From NCBI GenBank assembly GCA_965285935.1, contig OZ260664.1, forward strand, positions 19,406,001 to 19,470,000: a stretch of DNA of 64,000 nucleotides. The letters run 5' to 3'. The notes below the pieces were generated by a model. It did no database searches, was not told where the DNA came from, and saw nothing but the letters and a program-made list of their open reading frames with translations. The position numbers and the translations under genes were made by a program. Shown one piece after another: positions 14,711 through 26,985 of the stretch; position 1 is the first letter of the stretch, and each line of letters opens with the position of its first letter. The stretch is from Ophelia neglecta. Its lineage: Eukaryota.

Positions 14711-14980
14711 GTATGTATAGAACACTGGCATTTTAAGTACTGCATGTAGTATAACAAACAAGAATACTAACAATTCGGAATTATGTTTGTACCTTCTAGA
14801 CCGTATGTATTGGTGGACCAACTCTATGGAAACAAATTAATAAGACATGGACCTATGTGTCATTTCGTCGCTTAGGATATACGTTTACATCAACTTTGTC
14901 CATTCGAACTTAGCTGCCAATTTAATGATAAAGTCTTCTTAATACTCTTTAACACCAAACGTTTAACCATTATATTTCAG

Positions 14981-16149
14981 TCCAAACCAGTAAGAGGTTT
15001 GAATATGAGTGAGGATTGTTTGACCTTGTCCATCTTTCTCCCTGCAATCGACCTGAATGTCACCCAGAAACGTGCTGTGATGGTATGGTTCAACTCCCTT
15101 GAAGGGGGGTTCAAGTACGATCTAGGATCAATGAGCTTGCGCGGTGACATTGTTGTTGTGACCTTAAACTACCGCGTGGGTATCTTCGGTTTCCTTACCA
15201 CTGGAGACGAAGTGATAAAAGGAAATGCTGGTCTTTTTGACCAGCTAATGGCCCTTCAGTGGATAAAGGACAACATCGAGGAATTTGGCGGAGACAAACA
15301 CCGAGTGACTATTTTTGGTACGGGTGCCGGAGGATGGAGTGTTAACGCGCATGTGCTAAGCCCAATGTCACGTGGTCTGTTCCGACGCGCAATATCCCAA
15401 GACGGTATGTTGGACCGGTGGCTGTTACCTCACTATACTAGTAAGCGTGAGAATTTTCGAAGTTTTGGGTTGGAACTTGGTTGTGAGGGCAATACTACAG
15501 CCACGGTGAGTTGTCTAGAGATGTTGGACGCCAGATTACTCCTGGCACCAGATTGGTCTTATTACTTTCAAGCATTTGGGGCTGTAGAGGATGGTTTATT
15601 CCTTCCGCATTCTCTTCACAAGCTCTTGATGAATTGGGAAAACCCCGACCAAGTAGACTACCTAGCGGGTTTGAACAGTGAAAGTGGTGACGCAGATCTG
15701 GTTTCTAGCCCCGAGGCAAAGGAAACAGCCCTGCGGGATGGCTTAACAGAGGAGGGACTAGATCTTATCATAAACTTACTAATTGATTCCACAAGCTTCA
15801 ATCCTGCACAGCGTAGCATTCTTTACGACCAGTACGTCGGTGGTAAAATAACCAACATGACGCGCCTCAGGTATGCCCTCGACATGCTGCGGGATGTGCT
15901 TTTTCTGCGACCCACTGTCACTGTTTTGGATGCCGTCTCCAGTAGCGGAACTGGACGTGCATATATGTACTACTTCCAGCAGAAGACGCCAGGAGCGAAA
16001 ATGGTGGCGCTGGAGAGCTATCGGGCAGGTCACATGAGTGAGCTGCCTTATTTGTTTGATTGGGTATCAGATGACGAACGGTATGACTGGAAGGACGCAC
16101 AGATATCTGACGCTATGTTAGAAGCATGGACTTCGTTTGCCAAAACCGG
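14981..16149 (+). CDS. Exon 2 of the cholinesterase-like protein (core alpha/beta-hydrolase domain)
   Basis: The acceptor TATATTTCAG ends at 14980, in frame with ORF 14999-16153. Motifs include SEDCLTLSIF, VMVW, VVVTLNYRVGIFGFL, GNAGLFDQLMALQWIKDNIEEFGGD, VTIFGTGAGG, LFRRAISQDG, YMYYF, HMSELPYLF and WTSFAKTG. The donor GG|GTAAAT is at 16149/16150 (phase 2). Confidence 0.93.
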
Positions 16150-17050
16150 GTAAATATCTCTCCACTGATGCGTTAACATGGTGATACTGTGTTAGTAAAG
16201 AAAAGCGAGGGGGGGGGGAGGGGGGGGGGTACTTCAGTTTTGACAACAAGGAGCTTGGCTGGTAGGTACGTGAAGCTTACAGCCACCCGGTCCCCTATGC
16301 AATATTTATTTAGCTTCCCCTGACTGCATTTTGTTAAAAAAAGGTTTAATGAAGAGAAATTATTTGTTTTTTGTTAGATTCCGCTTACACGATCCAGTTT
16401 GTACATGAACCGCCCTCTTGTGTGTAAAACTACTGTTAATTGGTCTCTAGTAATCAAAATTGTAGGAAGAAATGAAAAAATAAGATAACTCGAGGTATTC
16501 CAGGTAGCTTCCTGGAGATAATGGTGACTATAGTAAGTTATTTGGGGAGGGAGGAGGTTGCCCTATTTATTGCTGAGGATAGTCCGTTCAAACGACAAAC
16601 AGGCAAATGGGGATGGCCGGCGAATATCATAAGACACGTTTTCACCGCTGTTCACCATGGTAGTGACGATACACTCAAACTAATGTCTCAGGGTTATTTT
16701 TGGTGCATTTGACCAGTTACTTCAGGACACCTTAGATTAATGCACCTGTGAATGAACATATCTTAACGTCCCGCGCCATCAGGGCTCTACTCGCTGTCCT
16801 AGATGTAATAGGGCCAAGTCAAGATAAGCCTGGTTATGTGGGTCAACAAGACTGCGGACATCATCATGAATATAATATTGACAATTGTGTTGTTCATTTA
16901 CTATAATTGATTTGATATAGTGGTGTGCCAACGAAGGAGCTAGTTAGTTAATATTTATGTTTAATTTTCTGCAAACACTTACATTAACCTAATATTGTCA
17001 AGCCTCAAAGCAAATACAGCCTTGCTTATTTATTTTTCGTTTCGTTATAG

Positions 17051-17268
17051 GAAGCCTCGAGTCCCACTAGAGAGTAGAACCAATATGTCGTGGCCAGTGT
17101 ATAACACAATAAACCGGACCTACCTCTCCATTCAGTATCCAATGACGTTAGCATCCGTCCGTCACAGACTTTTATCCAGAGCTATCAATTTCTGGACCGT
17201 ATTTGTTCCAGCCTTGGATCGTGCACAGTCCTTTAATCAAAGAGTTGAAACGACTTGCACGACAGATG
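17051..17268 (+). CDS. Exon 3 of the cholinesterase-like protein (domain C-terminus and start of stalk)
   Basis: The acceptor TTTTTCGTTTCGTTATAG ends at 17050 and completes the split Gly codon (G-KP). It encodes WPVYN..RTYLSI and INFWTVFVP, which match the family WPxY and xFW motifs. The donor G|GTAGGT is at 17268/17269 (phase 1). Confidence 0.85.
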
Positions 17269-18204
17269 GTAGGTCAAAAATGCGACTTTTCATGATATGA
17301 TCTATAATGGAATAACTAAGCTATTTACTAATCCAAACCTCCAAAATGAATGCAGGCCTCGTAGTGACTGTTTTGCTATACATGAAAGTAAATATATAAA
17401 GTTAATGAAACATACTATGCTTGTGAGGAATCGTGTTGCAATATCACTTTTTTTATTTTAAGGTCCTCATCCTATAGATGTTCACTGTTCATTTTTACCA
17501 TCCTAAATTGGCTAAAACGTGATATTTCCTTTTGGGAGATATTTTAGCGCCCCTTTAGTATTTTAATCACTTATAAAATAGTGTTTATTGGGACATCGTA
17601 AGGTACAAACAAGCATAAACATATAAGAATCAATGGTATGTATAAAAAAAAGCCCTTCCGGGGCAATTTTCAACCATCCGATCTTTTATATAATAGGTTT
17701 TAAAAAATAGCTGCCTAATGCGTTTACCTTAATGCTGGATTTGTTAGAATAGGCATGTTTGCTCAATCTTTGGAGTAGCCTTGGTCGTCCTGCATTTCAT
17801 TGAATGCCGACCAACATATGTAAATCCTCCAAACGGTCATTTCGCCCACAATTTTCTTTTGTTTACTTTGTATCATCATTTTTGTCGGAATATGCTGGGG
17901 AACCTCAGTTAACAAATAAACATGCGTTATACCTAAGTTCAGAAAACGGGCAGACGGAGCAAACTTCTTAACGAGAATACCCCAAATATCTGTTACCGTC
18001 AACATGCTTGAAGCACCAATTGCAAACTACAAAATCATTGCCCTAAAGTTTTGACATCAGCCCAAAGAATATTGGAATGAATGGATCAAATAAATATAAA
18101 AATAGGCATGATTGCGAAAACCGCATTCAATTAACCCAATGGTAAGTGATTCTAAGAAGAATTGTTTTCTATGTCTTTGTATTAATACATATTTGATATT
18201 TCAG

Positions 18205-18233
18205 ATAGTCCATCTACAATTGGCAGGAATGAG
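18205..18233 (+). CDS. Exon 4 (29-nt stalk microexon, DSPSTIGRNE)
   Basis: The acceptor GATATTTCAG ends at 18204 and the donor GAG|GTAACT is at 18233/18234. This exon converts phase 1 to phase 0, which is exactly what is needed to join exon 3 to the TM exon in frame. Confidence 0.7.
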
Positions 18234-18337
18234 GTAACTATCATAGTTGTCATATTATCCATAGCGTATTAAAATAGCCTGTTTTTCCAATAAGAGGATT
18301 GACGTGTAAACAGCAACTGGTAGACAGTATAAGTATG

Positions 18338-18343
18338 AATAAA
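18338..18343 (+). promoter_or_regulatory. Candidate intronic polyadenylation signal
   Basis: AATAAA lies about 65 nt after the read-through stop (TAA 18270-18272) in intron 4, with T-rich sequence downstream. The AT-rich background weakens the signal. Confidence 0.35.
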
Positions 18344-18628
18344 TGAAGTTTTTTAGACGGTTTTTAATAACTATATGTAGGAATCCGGATATTGAATTTG
18401 CGTTTCGCATTAAAATATTTTCCATTCAGTGTATTTTCGAGAATTAATTAACACATTAATTGAATATATTTCCACGAACCCTGCTCCAGTTCCCTAAGCA
18501 AGGCACATTGAGTCTCCCCGAGGTTTATTTCCCTTGTTAAGCCAAAAACAAATTAAGTACAGGGTGATTTTCTGTGTTATGGTTGGTCCCATGTAAAACG
18601 TCATAATTTCCGGTTTTGATTCTCTCAG

Positions 18629-18805
18629 GCGGAGGCAGCGTTGTTCATCCTAATTGCCGTAGTCATAGTCCTTTTATTGACCACAGCCGTACTATTGGCA
18701 AATTACTGCTCTCTCAAAAAACCAACAAGCGAGAAAGAAGATATAACACAAAAAAACAACGATATCGAGGAGACAGAAACAGATGTGGAACCTTTCTTTT
18801 ATTGA
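18629..18805 (+). CDS. Exon 5: transmembrane helix and short acidic cytoplasmic tail; stop TGA 18803-18805
   Basis: The acceptor TTTTGATTCTCTCAG ends at 18628. It translates to AEAALFILIAVVIVLLLTTAVLLANYCSLKKPTSEKEDITQKNNDIEETETDVEPFFY*, a hydrophobic run of about 22 aa followed by KK (positive-inside rule). The five exons sum to 1860 nt, i.e. 619 aa plus stop. Confidence 0.78.
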   Translation, partial: AEAALFILIAVVIVLLLTTAVLLANYCSLKKPTSEKEDITQKNNDIEETETDVEPFFY

Positions 18806-21800
18806 ATTAGTGACTTTCCACAAGAAATTTGCTACAAAATGTCACTAAATCTATATCAAGAATGTCATATATAGAAGCAATTGCATATGTTATACAAGTT
18901 TAAAGTGATATTATTATCATTGATAGACTTGATTTATTTGACAACAGCCTTTTACAATTTTGAAAATGTTTCATCCATTATATGTATATGGATGCACAAT
19001 ATTAATTCTTACTCGTCATTATATGTTCTTTTAATCTATACTCGACCTTTATAACCTATGCAATCCCAGGGATGCAAATACACAAATTAAGAGTTATTTT
19101 TAACATTTCATAAGTTTGGTTTGTGTACACCGGTACCTAACATAAATGAATTCACCTAATATGAATGTATATCGAATGAATTCATTTTCAAATTATTTTC
19201 AATGTGTTCTAGTAAACTTGATAATTTATAAGTTGCAACTCAGTTAGGTTTTACTCTCACCGTACGCAATTTAAAAAGAAATGGACACTATAGACCTTAA
19301 GCCTTTACCTTATTATCAGCGATTGGGCGGGAATAGAAAACATTGTCTTGAGAAAATTGTTTTGCATTCGTGATCAGTGTACTTTATAAAGAAAATAAGT
19401 AAGTAATGAAACCGAAGGAAAGCGCAACTACCAGGAACTATTTGGCAATTCAATTAATCAAATGTTATATGGTTGTTCCACCACAGGACTTTATTTTATG
19501 TTCCAATACTTAGGTTTATGATTCTATTGTACTACGTGATACCGTGCTATCGGTAATACTAACAACGGAACTGGACATGATCTAGCCCTGCCAGCATCGT
19601 TTTAACACAAAAGAGGAACCGGTCTCGCATTACACGGCTAAATGCATTAAGCGCAAATTAATTAAGTGTTCGTGAGGTCACATAACCTAATATAAGAAGA
19701 AATGCCGACATTGTTAGCATCGACCTGTTTACTGAATAGCTACCCTTTAATTGATTGGACTCTTTATAAGGTAATGTGGTCAGTGTTTGACGATTTCACG
19801 GCTAAATGCGACACTAGTACTGAGCAACTTCTTGGCATTTCAAACAGTCCGCGGTAAATTCATCAAGCATTTTTTCATTTAAAGACGATATAGGGACGAA
19901 CGTATAAAGCGATACGTAACTAGACTCGTCAGTACACTAGGCCAACGAACATAATCGATATAGTAAGCAACGTCACTTCAAGTAGTATCTCAATTTCAGG
20001 AATACGACACTTTAAAAAAAGGCGTATAATTCTCATATTCAAATATTCCTGTTTACAATATCATGATTGAGTTGTGTTGGTTGATTATAGAAAGAGCCCT
20101 TTCCTACGTAGCCAACTATACATATATTGACATGTCAGGGACATATGAACAAAGTTGGTAGGGTTGTAACACAATTTTTTCGTCGGCAAGTCGTTTAGTT
20201 TTAAGCAGATTCATTCGATATTAAGCTTTTTTTCTGGCATAATATTTTTTGTCATTTTCAGATAGTCTATTAAATACTTTACGGAAAAAACTAGTTAATT
20301 TCGAAACAAACAATCCATTTCTATACTAACGCCATTATAATTCTGCAGTCACTTCTCAGACGTACACCATGGATTAAACTTAATAGTTTAGGTATCCAGA
20401 AGGCTGGGTTGATCTATTGTGTTTGAGTTAGGCACAGGTCTATTGTGTAAGACTTAATTTTGCATCGGGAAACGGAATTTGAGTCCGTGACCCCCTCATG
20501 GGTACTTTTTTTCAAATATGACTTTCATTAGGCAGGCAAATGTACAAAGCAGATCCATACATTGGCATACCGAACGCATGTGCTGGCAACGTAAGTAAAA
20601 ATGGAAAACAACCTTATTAAAACCATTGATTAATTAAAATGTTCGATTATAGTTGCTGTGATGTTTGCATATTCGATAACATACGGTGATACCTATGTGA
20701 AACCAGTGAAAACAAAAGCAAGCCTAATGCGGTAATTTGATATTTGGCTATTGAATTATTGTACTTAAGGCCGACTCGTTAGCGTCTGACTGCACTATCA
20801 ATAACAATCAAGCACACTTATCTGATGAACAAAACAGATTTAATTTTACATCATTTACTTTGATATCTAGCAAATAATTGGAATCAGCAAACATAGATTT
20901 GACTTTGTTAAGGATCAAAACAGGTTGAAACAGAGTGATAGAACATGTAATAAAACCACAAATCGACAAAAATTTCAATCCTGTTTCTACTTGGCTAAAC
21001 AATTCAACGCTCAAACAAAATAATTGGAAAAAATATAAATAAACTCGAAAGAAGGAACTTGCTGGTTTGCTAGATATAACATAATCTTGTATGTCAAAGG
21101 GACACAAATAAAAGACTTAATACACCGTGGAACGAATTAATGTTGTAAGCAGCAAATATATGCCGCAAGTCAAACTGTGTTGGCCGTCAACGGATTTGTA
21201 GGATTGCTCTATCTAATACGTTGGGGCAGTGGTATATTTTGGAATATGGCAGGCTGCTTGAAATTGTAAATAACTTGCATTCCAAATAATTAGAATTTAG
21301 GTTTTGATTGATTTAACTTTGGTTTTTAGCATATAATCCCTTGTAAGACAGTGTCCCATGTGACCCATGTATTCGACTTCGCAAACGGGGAGAGTAGTTC
21401 CAAGAGTGGGTGAATTCAATACGTCTTGCAGGGATTCCCATCGACTACATAACCATATGCTTGTACAATTGTGTGATATACCTGTTTTTATGCCGGAAAA
21501 TATGGAGGGGATGAGGTAAATATTGCATAAACCTAGCAAATTGCATTCTGCAAATTGCAAGAAAAACAGTTCGGAGGCATTTAATAATTCCTTCGAACTA
21601 GCCAGTAAACCCACAACCTTATATATTGCTAGTGGATATACGATAAAGGTGATCTGCTGCTAGCTTTGTTGTATTCGTATGTTGTAGATAAAGGTAACAA
21701 TGTGAGCCTGACTATCTATCACTTCAGTTAGTAAACAAATAACTAGTGAAATAAAAAACATTTCTCTCTGAAGCACGAATGAATCATTTCCCTCCTTCCC

Positions 21801-24800
21801 AGGTCTAATGCTATTAAGTTAAATTTATCGGTGTGGTTATTACTATCAGAGGGCTTCGTATCAAAGGAAGCTTGCGGACACGTCTATTATGTATAATTGG
21901 ATTGAAGTCGTGAAAACAGAATGCAGAACAATGCATTAACTACTTATGTTACAAGATTCTCCAACCTATTGCTCCAGTTTAATATGGTTCAGAATCTGAG
22001 TCCTACTTATCGTCTTTCAACATGTTTTGTTCGCTTTTCAATTTACAAACAACACATATTGCTTCGTGCACTTACACAAAATACTATTTCAATCTTTTAT
22101 CTGAGAAGTTGGCCTTATATTTTTATTAAGAATGAATTTAATAATACTTAAGTTTAGTCAAGCATCCATTAAGGATATTATTTCACATCATCTACGCATC
22201 TCGCCACAAATAAAATTCCACTTTCTGGTCTGGACCTGCTTAGAACGTACTAATGGTGTTCTGGGGGTATTAGGTGGCAGTTCCGGATGATTTCCGACCG
22301 ATTTCTTGAACAATTCACTGTTATATTGCTTGATTTGTCGGTAGTCTTCCGCGTTTTGAAGTCTGTGCCTTACCATATTTTTATAATGAAACAATGTTCT
22401 TTTATTTTAAACAAATCTATGCATTATATTAAATGTGTCTATATTGTCCTTCAAGCGCGTTGATCACATGAATCAATAAAAGTTACACAACAAACGTTAT
22501 CTGGACAATGTAGCATGATTCGACACAGCTACTTTTATGCGTTCAATGACAAAAATGTAAATCATCAGAATATGTTCCTACAAATATTAATTCTTAGTAG
22601 AAGTAGTGGCCTATTGTCCTTTAAAACAATTAACGGATAGAATCTGCTCTGCGGTAGAAGAACTGCGTCATTGCCCTTAAGCGGTGTTCTAGTCTGTAGG
22701 TACCATTCATATAAACTCTTTGACCTGGCTAGTTATTGAAAACAGGAAAATGCTGAAAGATGCGCAGACTGGATTAGTAAGTAATGCAATAACAATAGCC
22801 ATGCTCACCATCGGTCTACTTCAGAAATAAGTGAGAAGAACTGATCAGGTGTCTTAAGTTCTGCCAGAGAATTCCTTCGCCTTCGTTGTTTCTCTATTAC
22901 GTAGTTGAGCCTGATAACAAAACCATGCGGCATTATCAATATGTGTTTTTCTTATAAATATATCTTTTCTTGTGGCAATTCATTCTACTCGGAGAGTTCT
23001 TACCTTCCAAGAACCTGAATGCAGGGCAGTGTCAGAATTACATCTGCACGTTTAACTGAGTTATAATGTTCATATCGCCCTGAACAACGTTGATTTTTAT
23101 ATGCAGGCTTAAACTAGATTCCTTGTCTATTTATTGGATTGGAATTATTTACCAATTTGACAATGTCGTGTTCGATATTGTCTGTTTTGACATCAATTCA
23201 ACTTAATGTCCTTGTCGGCCAGTTAAGAATACATAAAAATTCCTGAGGAAAATTGCACTTATTGACGCTGCAAACAAAGCAGCGTTTTTAGGTTCACTAT
23301 ATCGGTTATGTTGCATGTTGATGGACAGTAAAAAAGCCGTACGACATAAATCCAAGGCCGAGAACAAGAATGTACAAATTGTGATTTCAAGTTGAGACCA
23401 AGGCTTCGATTTGTTAGGTCTGGAAAACATTCAAACACATATTACAGCGGTAAGTGCTCGGACAATAAAAACAATTAATCGAGAGTGCTTCAAGCCGAGA
23501 AAAAATTTGTTCCGTTGCTATTGTATAGGCAAAGCCATCCTCGTTTCTTTGCACTGCCTTTCATTCATTTCGTGATCCTACTTCTACAATGGAAAAGCCT
23601 GCATGTATAATATCCTCGCAATGCATTGACAGTAAAACTCCTTTCTTTGATTATATAGCACATTTTGCATTTCTTCCATTGAAATGTGAGATATTATCCT
23701 TTGAGTATAGCATTAGAAAATATTTTGAATTACAAGCTCATTTCTTGCTTTCACAAATTTATCAAATAGCTCATATTGCTCACTACAACATATCAGGTAG
23801 CCTATGGGTTCGTTTACTGTCCGCAAAGAATAGAAACTAATAATACATTGAAATACCAGTTGAACAAAGCGCTCAAAAGCTAACTGTATTAAACGCCAAG
23901 CTGGGAGGACAGATTGTGACTAATTGGGAGGCTCTCACTCGTCGCCATACCCTCGTGACGATGGGTATGCTCAATTAATAGCCAATCAATTAACAAAACG
24001 CTAGGTCACATTGCAAGGAAAATGTTGAGCAGTGATTTGATTCTGCATCAATCGGCCGCTATTGGTGGCAGTGAAACCACGGAGGAGAGTTCATTATCTA
24101 TTGGATTGCGTTCCCAATTCATTTGTCTGTGTCCCTAGGGCGGATAAAGGGCCATGTGAAAAACTTGTATAGATAAAACGAGGAATGGATACCCGACGGA
24201 CAAAGCAGACAAAGCCGAATAGAATTGACCTTAAATGGGCTGGGAAGAATGCAGCAAGAGGTATAAGCTTAGCCGAATTAGTAAGATTTGGACCACTCTG
24301 TTTAGCCCATTCACATTCCGCTGTCCCTCGGGCCTCTGATAACTCAAAATAAAAACTTGAATATGTATATGCCCTTTTGTGCATAGGTCTGATAATTATA
24401 TCTTCGCCAACACTAACAAAGGACAAGTACGTTTGATGTCCATTTTTTTCACAGTGCTTCCTTTTTTGTGAAAGATTCCGAATTCTAGCATACTTTATGT
24501 CTGGCGTTTACTGCATTAATACATTCACAGCTTTAGCAAATTCGCATTCAAATATGGCAATGCCTTTTAATTGAACATTCTTGCTAAATACTGTTGCTTT
24601 ATCTCCCGGGTGTCACATCCTCTAATCCAATGCCTAAGGGCAAGGTGCAATTTCTATATAGTGATATATTATCATGAGATACAGATTCGGGTATTGTCGC
24701 AGAATATATGCGAGCTTGACTGTAATCCAGTTCCTGATCAGATGATGGTGGGGCGGATTACTGCCTCATCAATAAGTGACCTCTGCGCACAAAATGGACT

Positions 24801-26985
24801 ATATTATGTCGTTGATCGTACATTGTTGCGTACTATGAAATTTTATTTATTTGACACTTAATGATTTAGTTATGTGCAGCGTTTTATAACGTGAGATGGA
24901 CAATTCGTGGGACTGCAGAAGGGGATATGGCGATATTTTCCATTGAATCGTTTGTGTTGTATGCAAGTTATGTACTCTTTAAGTCATTCTTGATGAAATA
25001 TGGTCTTCATACCGAGTGCTTTTATATCCCAACCAAGGTGACGACTTTGAGAGACATTACTCATTTGCCAAGGCCGGTGTACCAGCATTGACAGAAAATG
25101 TACACCGCATGAAACTATTCAGGATTTATTTTACCCATTTACCCTTTTCAAAGTGCCATAGGACATATTTGTCAGAGCCAAAAAATATGGCGACCTCTAC
25201 ACTGATTTTGACCTGTTTAACTTATCGATCTAAATTATCAATGAGGAAATAATTATGCAGCCACTGCTTCTGAAAATAAGGCTGCAGTGTCTCCGTTTTA
25301 AATTACCTAATTTAGAAAAGCCTATATGTGCAGGCCGAGGATGGAATGTTTCGTGATTATGATCTTTTGCGTCTGGAACGCCTTTTTTTTCGTGAGTCTA
25401 AGTCTAATAGCTGCCCAAATGTAGTACGTCTACAATATGATATCTAGCCTCGTACATATGCTTCTTGAGGCATATCAAAAGTAAAAAAGAACCATTCAAT
25501 TCAAGCCAAAGCTTTCTGCATAGTTAAAGATTAGGAACTTAATGTATATATAAAGTAGAATTATAAACATTGCATTATAAGTTGAGCAATAACGCTAGTT
25601 TTAAGAGAAAATAGAATGGTTTATGTGTTTGTTAAAACGGGTACTACAACCTGGATATTTTCTTCAGCATGAAAGGAACTGAATGAATTGAAAAACAGAT
25701 ATAATATACTATAACCATCAATACCAACACATGTCCTTTTGCGTCTTCGAAGTAGGCAATACACAAGTCTTGCGGCGGGTTTTTTGATTAATCTTGCATA
25801 AATATCCTCAAACAGGAAATTTTATTTGCCAATAACTGGGTCCCGCCTATTTGTATAAATGATTGAGAAACAATTTCAGACATACTAAATGAACTATTCG
25901 TTAGTAAACTTTTTTATACACATGCATCAACCTTAATTATATCATCAAGAAAAATGTCACTCAAGGATTAACTTTTAAAGGGCGAATGCCTTAAACCTCA
26001 AAACAAAGTAGTCAGCATTGTGAAAGTAATATCTATATGGTTGAAATAATGTACTGTAAGTTTTTGGTTGTTTTGCTTTCTTTTCTTGCAAACGTGCATT
26101 CAGATGCCTTTGTATGTTGATTAAGCGAGTGTGATCCACATCAATCTTTGATTATTGAAACCGAACCTCAGCCACTTAGCTTTTATGCGTCATTCGTGGA
26201 ACACCGATTTTAGGCTTATCAATCATTTTCCACTTGGGTCTGTCACTGTGGAGAGAGAATCCATAAAAATCCTCAATTTACCGCTTCTTTCATCCTAACC
26301 CAGATGTTTTTGGTTGAATTTTGCTCCCTAATGATGGTGCGTCAACGAGACGGAACATAACCGTTTGTTCGTCTCGCTGGGATAACAGTTCACCTGTGTC
26401 AATTCCGTGCATGAATTGGTATTTTTATACTTAAACTATTGAGTGTCTCATGGGTATTCGTATGTGCCTAGTATTATTTTTATTATAGACTATAACACAC
26501 GCATTGAGGTAAACGTTGAGATGCAATTGCTAGAACAATAGGGAATCTTTGCAACCACACATTTCTAAATAAGTTTGATGTCTACGTGAATATGTCATAT
26601 CTATATCCATAGAAGTTATAACTGACTTATATTCATTATTGCTTCCCTGATCGGAAGTCACAGGGTTGAAACATGCTATGTTTTCATTCGCAAGAGCGAA
26701 ATGCATGGAATCTTAATGTGTCCCTCAATTGTTCTGTCATTCGCATTTTTGTGTGATTTCTTCTACACATCTGAATATCTCAATTAAAAAAACTAGAATA
26801 ATATGTCATTATTTTAAACAACATACCAAATGATATGCTTTCAAACTAAGGGGAATTTTTTTTAACTCATTTACTTTAAAGGATTCATATTTATAGTATT
26901 TTAAAATATTCTAAAACGCCATGTCCAGGAACAATTTGTATTCTACCGGTTATATACTTATATATACCCAAGTCTTACGAAAAAG

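Noticed and set aside
15779-16100. Minus-strand ORFs of 84 and 60 aa
   Set aside because: These are antisense shadows of the GC-richer exon 2 and carry no motifs.
14444-18805. Naming the gene ACHE, CES or NLGN
   Set aside because: It lacks the catalytic Ser and choline-site Trp, so it is not ACHE or an active CES. The tail and motifs are not diagnostic for neuroligin, and orthology needs a phylogeny.
18616-18810. 64-aa ORF in the supplied track
   Set aside because: Wrong frame. The frame set by the acceptor at 18628 gives the TM exon.
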